From positions 20,216 through 84,215 of IMG/VR virus record IMGVR_UViG_3300033571_009591: a DNA stretch of 64,000 bases; one strand, written 5' to 3'. How positions within the stretch are numbered: the stretch's first letter is position 1; the number at the start of each line of letters is the position of its first letter. The position numbers were made by a program, and so were the translations under genes. Source of the DNA: a virus. The notes beneath the pieces are model-generated. The model worked only from the letters and a program-made list of their open reading frames with translations. It made no database searches and had not been told where the DNA came from. This document shows, one piece after another, positions 18,084-27,335 of this stretch.

Positions 18084-18203
18084 GTAGTAGGGTGCTTGAC
18101 TTTCTATAAGAAGTTTGATAAAATACAAACAAGCCTCGCATGAAAATGCGGGGCTTTGTTTTTTCCCTAATCACTAGTATGAAATGACGATACGATTTTA
18201 TAC

Positions 18204-18449
18204 ATGAAGATTGTTGATAAGGATTACCACCCAAATGGCTCAGCCAATCCTTTTGTTGTTGCTATCGTAGATAGTCCTGAAGAAGGGGACACGAAACTAG
18301 TAATAATGTTTGAGGATTATGATTATGTTGCGGTATTATCACTTGACTATCTTGTTCGTGATGAAGACATCTCTGTAAAATTCAATGGACATCACGGGGA
18401 CAAGTACGAAAAACTTCGTAACGATCTCTGGGATGACTTTGCTGGATAG
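18204..18449 (+). CDS. hypothetical protein
   Basis: ORF track; TAG stop inside motif A. Confidence 0.6.
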   Translation: MKIVDKDYHPNGSANPFVVAIVDSPEEGDTKLVIMFEDYDYVAVLSLDYLVRDEDISVKFNGHHGDKYEKLRNDLWDDFAG

Positions 18450-18479
18450 CAAAAAGTAAAAACTAAGGGTGGGGGTGAA

Positions 18480-19049
18480 ATGACAACTGTTGCAGCGGTG
18501 CAGGGTGAAGGCTGGGTTGTTGTTGGTTACGACTCTAGAGTCACGGAAAACCAAGAGAAGATATTTACTTTGGCTAAAGACAATGGCAAAGTAGTTAAGA
18601 ATGGAAATTACTTACTAGGCGCGGCCGGCGACATGAGAGCCATCAACTTACTCAGTTATGTCTTTAAGCCACCTGTTATTAATCCAACAACTTATGGCGT
18701 CAGGTTGGATAAGTTTATGACTGCAGTTTTTATTCCTGAACTCAAGAAATGTTTTGAGGAAGCCTCATACTCCAAAGATGGGGAGATGGAGTCCCAAGTG
18801 ATGGTTGTGGTCAATGGGACTATTTACGAGATAGGAAATGACTTTTCGTGGGCACATGATGAGTCAGGTATCTACTCAATAGGTTCGGGTGGCGACTACG
18901 CCATCAGCGCGTTGCTTGCCACATTCGAAACACGCAAGAGAACTATTGGAACTGCGAAGGCACTTGTGCGTCAAGCAATAACTATTGCCTCGAAGTTAGA
19001 CCCAAACACTGCACCGCCCATCTACATACAAGTACAGCACTTCGGTTAA
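18480..19049 (+). CDS. HslV/proteasome beta-type Ntn-hydrolase
   Basis: N-terminal (M)TTVAA nucleophile, DSRVT, K, GAAGD, SIGSGG.YA. Confidence 0.85.
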   Translation: MTTVAAVQGEGWVVVGYDSRVTENQEKIFTLAKDNGKVVKNGNYLLGAAGDMRAINLLSYVFKPPVINPTTYGVRLDKFMTAVFIPELKKCFEEASYSKDGEMESQVMVVVNGTIYEIGNDFSWAHDESGIYSIGSGGDYAISALLATFETRKRTIGTAKALVRQAITIASKLDPNTAPPIYIQVQHFG

Positions 19050-19169
19050 ATTTTTACTTTTTGCTGTTTAGCTCTGCAGCCGGCGTTCACTGGAAGCCAA
19101 CTACAAACAACTTCGTGATGTCTGCTACAAGGACTTGACATGTCACCTTCGTTAATATATACTTATGCT

Positions 19170-19257
19170 ATTCAGTAAGGGGGAAGTCGCTGGTCACCTG
19201 AACGACCTGAAACCTAGGGGGTCGGAAACAATACGACTCCCTTACTGAATCTTTTTT
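19170..19257 (+). ncRNA. candidate promoter-driven small RNA
   Basis: TTGACA-17-TATACT (19135-19163); predicted +1 at the start of 12-bp stem ATTCAGTAAGGG/CCCTTACTGAAT; T-run follows; no ORF. Confidence 0.6.
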
Positions 19258-19324
19258 GACATTACGAAATTGATGTACTAGAGTAACTAACACAAGGACA
19301 CAAAGACAAAGGGAGAAAAGATAT

Positions 19325-20209
19325 ATGAAAAGACTAATACTAATAGTCGCACTTGTAGCGTCATCGCTAACACCTGCGCATGCTCAACCAACTCAAACTA
19401 TTGCGGTGATTGACTCAGGAGTCAATACTGCGTTATTTAATAATATTGTTACAGAGGTATGTATTCTTGAATACTCCAACTGCGCTAATGGAAAGCCTTT
19501 CATGGAAGGTAAGGGTGCGGCTCATACAGGAGTGACAACTAATGCTGCGCTTAATCATGCGACTGGAATGATATCTATTATCAACAAAGTGAACCCTTCA
19601 GTAAATATTATTCCAATTCGTATTATTGGAATTACTGATAAAGGTAACCCATTTATTTACTCAAACAATGCGGTGAAGTTAGCACTCGACTGGGTTGTTG
19701 CTAACCACGCTAAATACAATATTACTGCGGTATCCGTATCGCAGGGTAAAGTTTTTGCTGGATGTAGAGTCCCTGATGGAACTGCCAATGCGGTAGCAAC
19801 ACTAAAGGCTAACAATGTTGCCGTAATTGGTGCGACAGGTAATGCTAGTAATCGAAAAGAGATGGACTCGATTGCCTGCCTACCTGATGTAATCTCGGTA
19901 GGGGCAACAGACAACCCTGATAAGGGAACTAGCGGAATTGCTTACGACCCTAAGGCAAAGCCATATATTGCTCGATACAGTAATGGTAATGCTCAGACAA
20001 GTTTTTACTTGAACGCTAGATGGTATGTACTTCAGAGTAATGGAACTCAGAAGTTTACAGTCGGAACTTCCAACTCAACTGCCTCACTCGCTGGACTATG
20101 GACGCTGAATAGGAAGTCAAGCGTTGCGGAAACGCAAGCAACTCTCAACTCTTTAGCAACAACTGCGAGTAACGAGTGGCTAACAGGAAAGTATCTTCAG
20201 ATTCCATAA
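19325..20209 (+). CDS. secreted subtilisin-like (S8) serine protease
   Basis: signal peptide ending AHA; IAVIDSG (Asp), NHATGM (His), ATGN oxyanion, GTSNS (Ser). Confidence 0.85.
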   Translation: MKRLILIVALVASSLTPAHAQPTQTIAVIDSGVNTALFNNIVTEVCILEYSNCANGKPFMEGKGAAHTGVTTNAALNHATGMISIINKVNPSVNIIPIRIIGITDKGNPFIYSNNAVKLALDWVVANHAKYNITAVSVSQGKVFAGCRVPDGTANAVATLKANNVAVIGATGNASNRKEMDSIACLPDVISVGATDNPDKGTSGIAYDPKAKPYIARYSNGNAQTSFYLNARWYVLQSNGTQKFTVGTSNSTASLAGLWTLNRKSSVAETQATLNSLATTASNEWLTGKYLQIP

Positions 20210-20520
20210 CCTAACCCCTTAGGAAAAAGTAAAAATAGATGCCCCCTCCCCCGAGGGGGTTTTCTATTGTTGCGGTGCTTGACTTTCTACAAAAAAGTGC
20301 TAAACTTAGATCAACAAAACGAAAGGGGAAAGTAAATGGAACTAGAAGTAGAATTGGCTCAATGTACGCGGTGTGAGGATGAAGTTGATGCGAGCACACT
20401 AATGGCTTATGGCGATTGGGAATTGTGTGAGATATGCCAGGACGACATTTAATATCAAGTATTGACTTTCTAAAAAATTATTTTTATACTTACGCTACTT
20501 AATAAGAAAAGGGGAACACA

Positions 20521-20985
20521 ATGAAAGATACACACGAGATTGTAAAGTGTAAGAATTGCTTAAAAGATACCGAATACTCTTCATATGAAGTCTACGAAGC
20601 AATATGCTTAAAGTGCCAGAAGCAAGTGGTGGTATTAGAAAGCGATTGCGTGTGCGCAGATGAAGATGGTCCAGACTATGGTGAGTGCTTCGGTTGCTAT
20701 GATGATGCTAAAGATAATCTTAAGTATCTAATCAACGCTTGGGTAGATGCTCAAGGTAAAGAATTTTCTGAAGTCCGTATAGATGGAACGGGAATGGGAT
20801 GGCAACGCCAGAGTGGTTATGCCCATACGGACATAGATGATATTGCTCATGCCCTCGCACTTCGCGGTGACTTCCGTATTATCTTTACTTTAGAAAATGG
20901 CGAACTAACTGCGACTCGATCATCTCATGATGAACCTACGGGAGCGCACTTCACCTTCACGCCAAGCGACACGCCAAGCGAGTAA
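20521..20985 (+). CDS. Cys-rich hypothetical protein
   Basis: promoter 20462; MGWQRQSG and SHDEPTG motifs. Confidence 0.7.
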   Translation: MKDTHEIVKCKNCLKDTEYSSYEVYEAICLKCQKQVVVLESDCVCADEDGPDYGECFGCYDDAKDNLKYLINAWVDAQGKEFSEVRIDGTGMGWQRQSGYAHTDIDDIAHALALRGDFRIIFTLENGELTATRSSHDEPTGAHFTFTPSDTPSE

Positions 20986-21340
20986 GGTTGCGTATATTGA
21001 TTGACTATGTTATGCTTACTCCATAACAATAACGAAGGGGGAATAAAATGATCTGCTCAAGTTGCTCGATAAGAGGTATCCGTGTTTGCTACCATATCGC
21101 GGTAAGTAAAGATGAACTTTACACGGAATATCTCGAAGATTAAATAGTAATTAAAAGCCCCCACCAAGTGTGGGGGTTTTTCTTTGCCGCGATGCATTTA
21201 GCAAAAAGTAAAAATTCAACAGCTGCGGTTGTCAGCTGCGCAACTGCAAACAACTTCGCCACTTCCGCTTACTACCTACTAATACTTGACTTTCTATAAA
21301 AAAGTAGTAGACTTAGGTTAACAAAACGAAAGGGGAAAAA

Positions 21341-21766
21341 ATGTTAATTTCACCAAAGCAACTCGCGTTCGCGGGACGCCTTGCCAACGAACGCGGAGTC
21401 GCGCTCGCTACTGATTTTTCTACTTGGTCAATGAACCAAGCAAGCGAGGAAATTGCTCGCCTACTCGCAATGCCAAAGGTTGGCGTACGCGTACTTCCTG
21501 AAGGTATCTACTTCAAGGATGGGATTGTCTACAAGGTTCAAGTGTCTGGTGCTGGACGCTCATACGCAAAGGTCTTGCGTGAAAAGGGTGGGTTCGAGTA
21601 CGACAATACTGCCATCAAGAATCTTTCCATCGAGGATAAGATTACGATTGAGCAGGCTAAGGCATATGGCGTTCAGTATGGCGTCTGCGTTGTCTGCGGA
21701 GCGTTGCTTACGGACGCAAAGAGTGTGGCAGCAGGGATTGGGCCGGTGTGCGGTAAGCGCATCTAA
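21341..21766 (+). CDS. DUF6011-like Zn-finger protein
   Basis: CVVCGALLTDAKSVAAGIGPVC; promoter 21286; terminator 21779. Confidence 0.75.
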   Translation: MLISPKQLAFAGRLANERGVALATDFSTWSMNQASEEIARLLAMPKVGVRVLPEGIYFKDGIVYKVQVSGAGRSYAKVLREKGGFEYDNTAIKNLSIEDKITIEQAKAYGVQYGVCVVCGALLTDAKSVAAGIGPVCGKRI

Positions 21767-22211
21767 GTATTAAAAGTTAAGCCCCTCGCATACGCGGGGG
21801 GTTTTTCTTTGCTCACTACAAACAACTTCGTTCAGATCTAGCTGCGTGCGGTATGTTTTTACTTTTTGCTAAATATCTCTGCATTTTTGAGATGCGTCTG
21901 AGAGAACTACAAACAACTTCATTACAATAAACGGTAGTACCTCTCGTCCAAAATGCGGTTTGCTTACTAAAATAGTAAGTAGAACCTAGAGAAAGGGAGA
22001 GAGATGAGCAGAGATAAGAGCGAGGTAGAGTGCGCTGGGTGTAGTCAGGTAATGCTGAGTCAGAAAAAGACTATTGACACTTCGTGGCATTATGACAAGA
22101 GGACAGGCGACCTATGGCACTTGGAGTGCTGGGAAGCCTTCAGGGCTTGGTTTGACTTTCCTGACCTTTAATGATAGACTCGCGCTAACTAAATAGAAAG
22201 GGGGGTTAGTC

Positions 22212-22724
22212 ATGGAAAACCTAGACAACCTCGCAGTAATAGATGAGAGCGTGGAAGCACCGCGCTACGAGATTGAGTATCCACAAGAGTTGTGGTCTGA
22301 AGTCTTAGAAGGATTGTGGATTGGTGGAACAGATGACAATGACATCTACGACCAATTAGAGAAGCCAATGATTAGGCGAGAGCATTTCGATACGGTCTTT
22401 ACGGCGTATGCGTGGGCTAATCCTGTGGATTGGTTTGTCAAAGAAATTCGTTATGGTTTTTGGGATAGCCATGTTCAAGGTGAAGCAGGGTTTAATCCTG
22501 CGGAGTTAGATGACATAGCCTCAATGGCGTATGCGGATTGGAAAAAGGGTAAGAAGGTTTTATTCCGTTGCCAAGCAGGGCTTAATCGTTCGAGCCTATG
22601 TGCCGCTTTGGTGTTAATGAAAGACGGCTATACGGCAGATGACGCTATCGCCCTTATTCGTGAGAAGCGAAGTAAGTACGCACTATTTAATAAGACTTTC
22701 GTAGATTACCTGAGAAGCCTGTAA
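22212..22724 (+). CDS. dual-specificity/tyrosine protein phosphatase
   Basis: CX5R loop CQAGLNRS; GLWIGG; AIALIREKR. Confidence 0.85.
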   Translation: MENLDNLAVIDESVEAPRYEIEYPQELWSEVLEGLWIGGTDDNDIYDQLEKPMIRREHFDTVFTAYAWANPVDWFVKEIRYGFWDSHVQGEAGFNPAELDDIASMAYADWKKGKKVLFRCQAGLNRSSLCAALVLMKDGYTADDAIALIREKRSKYALFNKTFVDYLRSL

Positions 22725-22821
22725 GCGACACGCCGAAGGTCAGGAAGGTTTGACTTATGTCAGGAAGGTCTGTATTATTAAGGTATTAACAAAAGTTGTT
22801 AATAAGAAAAGGGGTAGAAAA

Positions 22822-22977
22822 ATGAAAACAGAAGCGAAGTTCATCAGACGCCGTATCGCAGTTGCCGTTATATTTTTCGCTATGTTCGGTTGGGCGTTAG
22901 ACGCTACAACACCTGAAATGTGTAAAGTACCTGTGGAGCAGATGAACCAATACTGTATAGATTTAATCTACCCATAA
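22822..22977 (+). CDS. small membrane protein
   Basis: RRRIAVAVIFF TM; promoter 22750. Confidence 0.6.
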   Translation: MKTEAKFIRRRIAVAVIFFAMFGWALDATTPEMCKVPVEQMNQYCIDLIYP

Positions 22978-23133
22978 TCGAAAGGGGAATAAAAATGAAA
23001 TGTTTAACTTGCGGAACTACTGAAGGCATAGTGTATTCAGGCGTAGATGCTTTCTGCCTCGGAGTAGAAACAGAAAAGATTTGCTACTCGTGCGCTAATG
23101 CGGTTGCCTCACAAAAGAGGTTGGAGTCAGCCA

Positions 23134-23367
23134 ATGAAGGTAACTAAAAAAGGAAAGGCTTTCCTCAAAGAGAGAGAAAGAACTAGCCCACTTCGTGCGG
23201 AGTTTTTACTTAAGTTTGCCTTCATGAGTGACGAACAGTTTTGGAAGTGGTCTGAACTAAAGACAACTGCCGAAGCAAGAGCGTTTATGGAAGCAATACC
23301 AATGCCTCCAATGAGGACAAACAAAATGTTTATCGAACTAGAAAAACAGGAAGGTAGCAAAAAGTAA
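23134..23367 (+). CDS. hypothetical protein
   Basis: stop inside motif A (GSKK*). Confidence 0.55.
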   Translation: MKVTKKGKAFLKERERTSPLRAEFLLKFAFMSDEQFWKWSELKTTAEARAFMEAIPMPPMRTNKMFIELEKQEGSKK

Positions 23368-23518
23368 AAATGACACTAGACACGGGAACTTTAGTCGCAA
23401 TAATGATCGCACTTGCAGGCTCATGTACGGTGATGATTATTTCTATTCGCAGAATTGGCGATCTAGAAAGACAGAACAGATTTCTACGCAACCAACTAAA
23501 AACGAAAGCAGGTAAGTA

Positions 23519-23707
23519 ATGGATGACACAACTCAGGTAGTACTACCCGACAACTGCGGGTTTTCATGTCAGTTCGAGTGGATTGAGGTTTCCTCAAACT
23601 TCTTTAATGTTTCTGTCTATACGCCTGCGCTTATCGCTGGCTTGGCTGGGTATTTGATTTACCGAGTTATTAAGAAGAGCAAGAAGAGTCCATTTGAGAA
23701 AAAGTAA
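23519..23707 (+). CDS. small membrane protein
   Basis: TM segment then basic tail. Confidence 0.55.
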   Translation: MDDTTQVVLPDNCGFSCQFEWIEVSSNFFNVSVYTPALIAGLAGYLIYRVIKKSKKSPFEKK

Positions 23708-23888
23708 AAACATAGAGGCAGACGCTTCTAAACTCTATGACTCAGGATTGTCCATAGACAATGTTGCTTTGGAGTTAGATGTTTGCTACCGAACAGCAAG
23801 AAGGGCTATTAAGAACGCTGGCGTCACACTTCGTGACCCCTCTGCCCGCCTGAAAGGGCGTACAAGCCCTAAGAGAAAGAAGGGTTAA
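23694..23888 (+). CDS. small HTH protein
   Basis: LYDSGLSIDNVALELDVCYRTARRAIKNAGVTLR. Confidence 0.7.
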   Translation: MRKSKNIEADASKLYDSGLSIDNVALELDVCYRTARRAIKNAGVTLRDPSARLKGRTSPKRKKG

Positions 23889-24184
23889 ATGAACAACCTT
23901 AGTATAGTTTGGACAGCCGTGGTAGCCGTTGTAGCAGGTCTAGCGTCAATTCTAGCCTCTATCGCTGGTAACGACTCGTTGTCTATAAGTTTCGGTCTGT
24001 GTGCGGTTGCTTCGTCAATGCTCGCAAGCCGAGAACGCTAAGCCGTTCCTTAGCACCGAAAGACTCACTAACAACCTTCCCCGTTGGTGAGTCTTTCTTT
24101 TGGTGTGTCACTTGCTTTAATTTTTTAATACTGTTAGTATTTGCCTTATCAGGGGAACAGCCCCTAAATATCGAAAGGTAAAAA

Positions 24185-24394
24185 ATGACCACTTACAAGC
24201 GCGTTGCGATTACAGAAAATGCTAAAGGTTTCTCATTTGACCTAGTTACAGAAAACTGGTTACGCCCAAATTCATATTCAAAAAATGCTCAAACAATGCT
24301 TACACTTGACCAAATTAAGTCAGTCATTACTTACTACTGTAACTACAGAAATGTGGAAGTCATCAATGGCATTATGTATCTTGGAAAGGTGTAA
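24185..24394 (+). CDS. hypothetical protein
   Basis: promoter 24112, RBS. Confidence 0.6.
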   Translation: MTTYKRVAITENAKGFSFDLVTENWLRPNSYSKNAQTMLTLDQIKSVITYYCNYRNVEVINGIMYLGKV

Positions 24395-24694
24395 AAATGA
24401 CAAAAGGTACAAATCCGACAAAAGTTCAAATCATTTACATAAATTGCTGGAAGTGCGGGATTTCAATGTCCTTGCCTGAAAAAGATTACTATCACGGCGC
24501 AAGTTGCGGGAAGTGCTGACAAAAAGGCTACTTTCCTGACCTCTCTGTGCTAAAGTATTACCTATGAATGACGAAAGACGACTTGAAAGGTAAGTAATAC
24601 CTCCTCCCCAATGAGGGTGGCTGAGTTGGCTAGTACAGCAACCAACTGCGGTTAGTTGAACGCAGAGTCCATGTCCCCAAACAAAGGAATACCA

Positions 24695-25291
24695 ATGAAT
24701 ACAGTTCCTAATAAAACTGTCGAACAAATAATCAGCGTAGCCATTGCGGTTGTGTTGGTTTCTTGTTTCTCGAGTTATGTTCAAACTTCGAGCGCAGATG
24801 TAGTAACAAATAAAGTAACGAAGGCTCAACTGGCTGAAGAGATTGCTGTACATGAACAAAAGATTAAAGAACTTCAACTCAAGAGGTTTGCAGAACAACG
24901 AACACCATTTACAGATGAAGAACTAGCCCAGATGCTTTACGCAGTTGGCTTCGAGGGCAAGGCTCTCCGAGTTGCTTGGGCAGTTGTAAAGAAAGAGTCC
25001 AACGGACGACCACTAGCCTTTAATGGCAACACCCGTACTGGCGATAGTTCATACGGTATCTTCCAAATCAACATGATTGGTGGATTAGGCGTAGACCGCC
25101 GAGAAAAGTATGACTTAAAAACAAATAGAGAATTATTCGACCCTGTTGTTAATGCTGAGATTGCGCTTCACATGACGAACGAAGGTGAGAACTGGAGTTC
25201 TTGGAAAGTTGGAAGCGGGTATAATGGTAGAGATCAAGCCCGTTTCTTAGACTGGTACAAGAAATTTCCAGAAGGAGTAAACCTCTCATGA
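24695..25291 (+). CDS. lytic transglycosylase / lysozyme-like (SLT) protein with N-terminal anchor
   Basis: AVVKKESNG catalytic Glu, SYGIFQIN, LFDPVVN, WSSW. Confidence 0.85.
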   Translation: MNTVPNKTVEQIISVAIAVVLVSCFSSYVQTSSADVVTNKVTKAQLAEEIAVHEQKIKELQLKRFAEQRTPFTDEELAQMLYAVGFEGKALRVAWAVVKKESNGRPLAFNGNTRTGDSSYGIFQINMIGGLGVDRREKYDLKTNRELFDPVVNAEIALHMTNEGENWSSWKVGSGYNGRDQARFLDWYKKFPEGVNLS

Positions 25292-25794
25292 CTGAAGAAG
25301 TAAACCCAATTCAAGGTCAAGTAGTTCCGACACCCGCCGAGTGGGTTGCTGAGCCACGCCATGAAGAACCTGTGGTTCCCGTTGAGGAACCTAAGGTTGA
25401 AGAAGTAGTTGTTGTTGTTGAACCAACACCAGAAGTTGTTGTTGAACCAACGCCGCCAGCTGCCAAAGAGCCAGTAGCAAAAAGTAAAAATGAAGAGCCT
25501 GTTGCAGCGGCAGCTCCAGCTCATGGCTTAGATGAAAAAGTTGTTCATACATCAGCCTTGGTTTTCAAGTCTAATTCTCACAATTCTGTATCAGTTGGTT
25601 TGGTACAAGAACGCTTAGTTGAGATGGGATTTGTCGATGCCAGTTCAGACAAGTACGGATGGCTATGCGAAGGAACAATGAAAGCCCTCGCTGAGTTTGC
25701 TAACATAAGTGTGGAAGAAGTTAATCTCAAGGACGCTTCAGTCATTGAAGCGTTGTTTGCGGGTACACAAGTTAAGGTCATTGACTGTAAGTAA
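25288..25794 (+). CDS. Pro/Glu-rich protein with peptidoglycan-binding-like domain
   Basis: VGLVQERLVEMGF...DKYG...TMKALAEF. Confidence 0.6.
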   Translation: MTEEVNPIQGQVVPTPAEWVAEPRHEEPVVPVEEPKVEEVVVVVEPTPEVVVEPTPPAAKEPVAKSKNEEPVAAAAPAHGLDEKVVHTSALVFKSNSHNSVSVGLVQERLVEMGFVDASSDKYGWLCEGTMKALAEFANISVEEVNLKDASVIEALFAGTQVKVIDCK

Positions 25795-25892
25795 TTCATA
25801 ATCAGCGTCCAGTCCCTCGTCTAAAATTGAGGGGCTGGGCGCTTTTTACTTTTTGCTAAGCGCTTTCGTGTGGAACATGGAAGGACGACACA

Positions 25893-26183
25893 ATGGCAAA
25901 GAAAACAATAACGGAAGATGAGCGTGAGAATGCTTTCCTAGAGAAGGCAAAGATGCTTATTGGTCGTGTAGTCGCGGTGTTCGCTGCGTCTGGATTGTCT
26001 GTAGTTGGTGCGGGTTCTCTCTTTGGTATCGAAGTGTGGAAGTCTATTGCGCTCGCTGGAGGTTTGGGTGTCGCTACTGTTGTAGAGGCTTTGTCCCGCG
26101 CCTATCTAGCGGACGGGAAACTTACTACCTCCGAGATTAACGATGCGTTTCGCTTAGTTGATAAGAAGAAGGCTGACGACTAA
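25893..26183 (+). CDS. holin-like membrane protein
   Basis: two TM segments, DGKLT..EIN C-terminus. Confidence 0.55.
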   Translation: MAKKTITEDERENAFLEKAKMLIGRVVAVFAASGLSVVGAGSLFGIEVWKSIALAGGLGVATVVEALSRAYLADGKLTTSEINDAFRLVDKKKADD

Positions 26184-26194
26184 TACGGATTGTC

Positions 26195-26234
26195 AAAAAA
26201 GAAACCCCCTAGTTTTCACTAGGGGGTTTTCTTT
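26195..26234. terminator. bidirectional terminator between convergent early arms
   Basis: A-run AAACCCCCTAGT-TTTC-ACTAGGGGGTTT T-run. Confidence 0.85.
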
Positions 26235-26241
26235 AATTAGT

Positions 26242-26865
26242 TTAGGAAGTTGCCCTGCGGTTAGAGGCTTTGATTTGCGTATAGACACTAGAGCCACCAT
26301 TTGAAGTCTTATACCCATACCGAACAAGTCTGAAGACAAGTCCCGAAGTGGTAACTCCAAGTAACTTACCGAGTCTGTACATAGAAACCCCATGTACTGT
26401 GTGCGCTTCGTTGAGCAAGTAGGAATACTCTTCGGCTTCAGCGCGGTAGCGCGGTGAGTTTGAGCGAACCTTCTCTGCTATTGGCTTGAGTTCTTTGAGC
26501 CTTGCTAGTAGTTCAGCGGGAGGCAAGGCATGAATAGTCAATGAAGACTTAGGCTCATGCTTTGGAACCTCTGGAATTACTAGAGTTGGAGGTACAGGCT
26601 CTGCGGTGTGCTTGCCTATAATAATTCTTACCATCTCATTTGATAGCCCTGCCGATTTAGCAATGCTGACATGTGTCCACCCTGCGTGTACTAGCGCAAT
26701 GATGTAATCATTTCGCAAGTTTTTTAAGTTGCTTTTAGCCAATGCGGTGAAGTTGTTTGTAACCTCTTCAGGTAGTTGAACATTAGCAACCTTGTTCATG
26801 CCTGCGCGTTTGTAGTAGTTTTTACTTTTTGCTAACTGTGTTTCTTCGATTGTCGTTGTTGTCAT
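26242..26865 (-). CDS. tandem-HTH DNA-binding protein (paralog of 28227..28727)
   Basis: ALVHAGWTHVSIAKSAGLSNEMVR and HGVSMYRLGKLLGVTTSGL helix-turn-helix patterns. Confidence 0.75.
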   Translation of the reverse strand: MTTTTIEETQLAKSKNYYKRAGMNKVANVQLPEEVTNNFTALAKSNLKNLRNDYIIALVHAGWTHVSIAKSAGLSNEMVRIIIGKHTAEPVPPTLVIPEVPKHEPKSSLTIHALPPAELLARLKELKPIAEKVRSNSPRYRAEAEEYSYLLNEAHTVHGVSMYRLGKLLGVTTSGLVFRLVRYGYKTSNGGSSVYTQIKASNRRATS

Positions 26866-26886
26866 TTGTTATCTGTCCTTTGTCTT

Positions 26887-27219
26887 TTATAGTCCGAATA
26901 GTTTTCGTAGTTTGTTTGCGGTGGCTTCGTCAAGTCCAAGGGTTGAACCTTCTTCATCTACTCCACCCGTGAAGATTACATTTCCTTTAATTGAGTCTGT
27001 CTTTCCGAAAAACTCTTCCCATAAGTCTGTTGCTAGTGAGTTGAATGGTAAGCCGATTAGTTTGCCTTCTTCGTTACACCACATGGTAAGCGTTGGGTTT
27101 AGGTCTACGGCTTCTATCCATCCACCTACTGCTTCTTGAAGTTGCTTTAGTTGTGAACCCTGCTCTGCTAGGTCTACCTCCACCGCGACTCCATCTGTAT
27201 TTAACTTAATTGCTAACAT
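26887..27219 (-). CDS. DUF3846 family protein
   Basis: LQEAVGGWIE...NEEGKL.GLPFN..AT...I.GNV. Confidence 0.85.
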   Translation of the reverse strand: MLAIKLNTDGVAVEVDLAEQGSQLKQLQEAVGGWIEAVDLNPTLTMWCNEEGKLIGLPFNSLATDLWEEFFGKTDSIKGNVIFTGGVDEEGSTLGLDEATANKLRKLFGL

Positions 27220-27335
27220 TTGTCTGCCCCTCTTTCTTTGTTGTTATGCCGTAAGTTTAGTACTAGTGTTTTCATTTGTCAAACTATCTTACATAAGAAA
27301 ACCCCCGCATTTCTGCGGGGGCTTGTCTGTGAGTT

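Noticed and set aside
19198-19230. Hammerhead ribozyme (CTGAACGA...GAAAC)
   Set aside because: Core does not fit CUGANGA-stem-GAAA geometry and no matching stems I/III.
1669-21920. Motif A/B clusters as CRISPR mini-arrays
   Set aside because: Repeats are only 15-16 bp, alternate between two types and orientations, are dispersed, and no cas genes are present.
24563-24694. c-di-AMP (ydaO) riboswitch
   Set aside because: Conserved ydaO sequence blocks not recognisable; kept only as an unknown leader.
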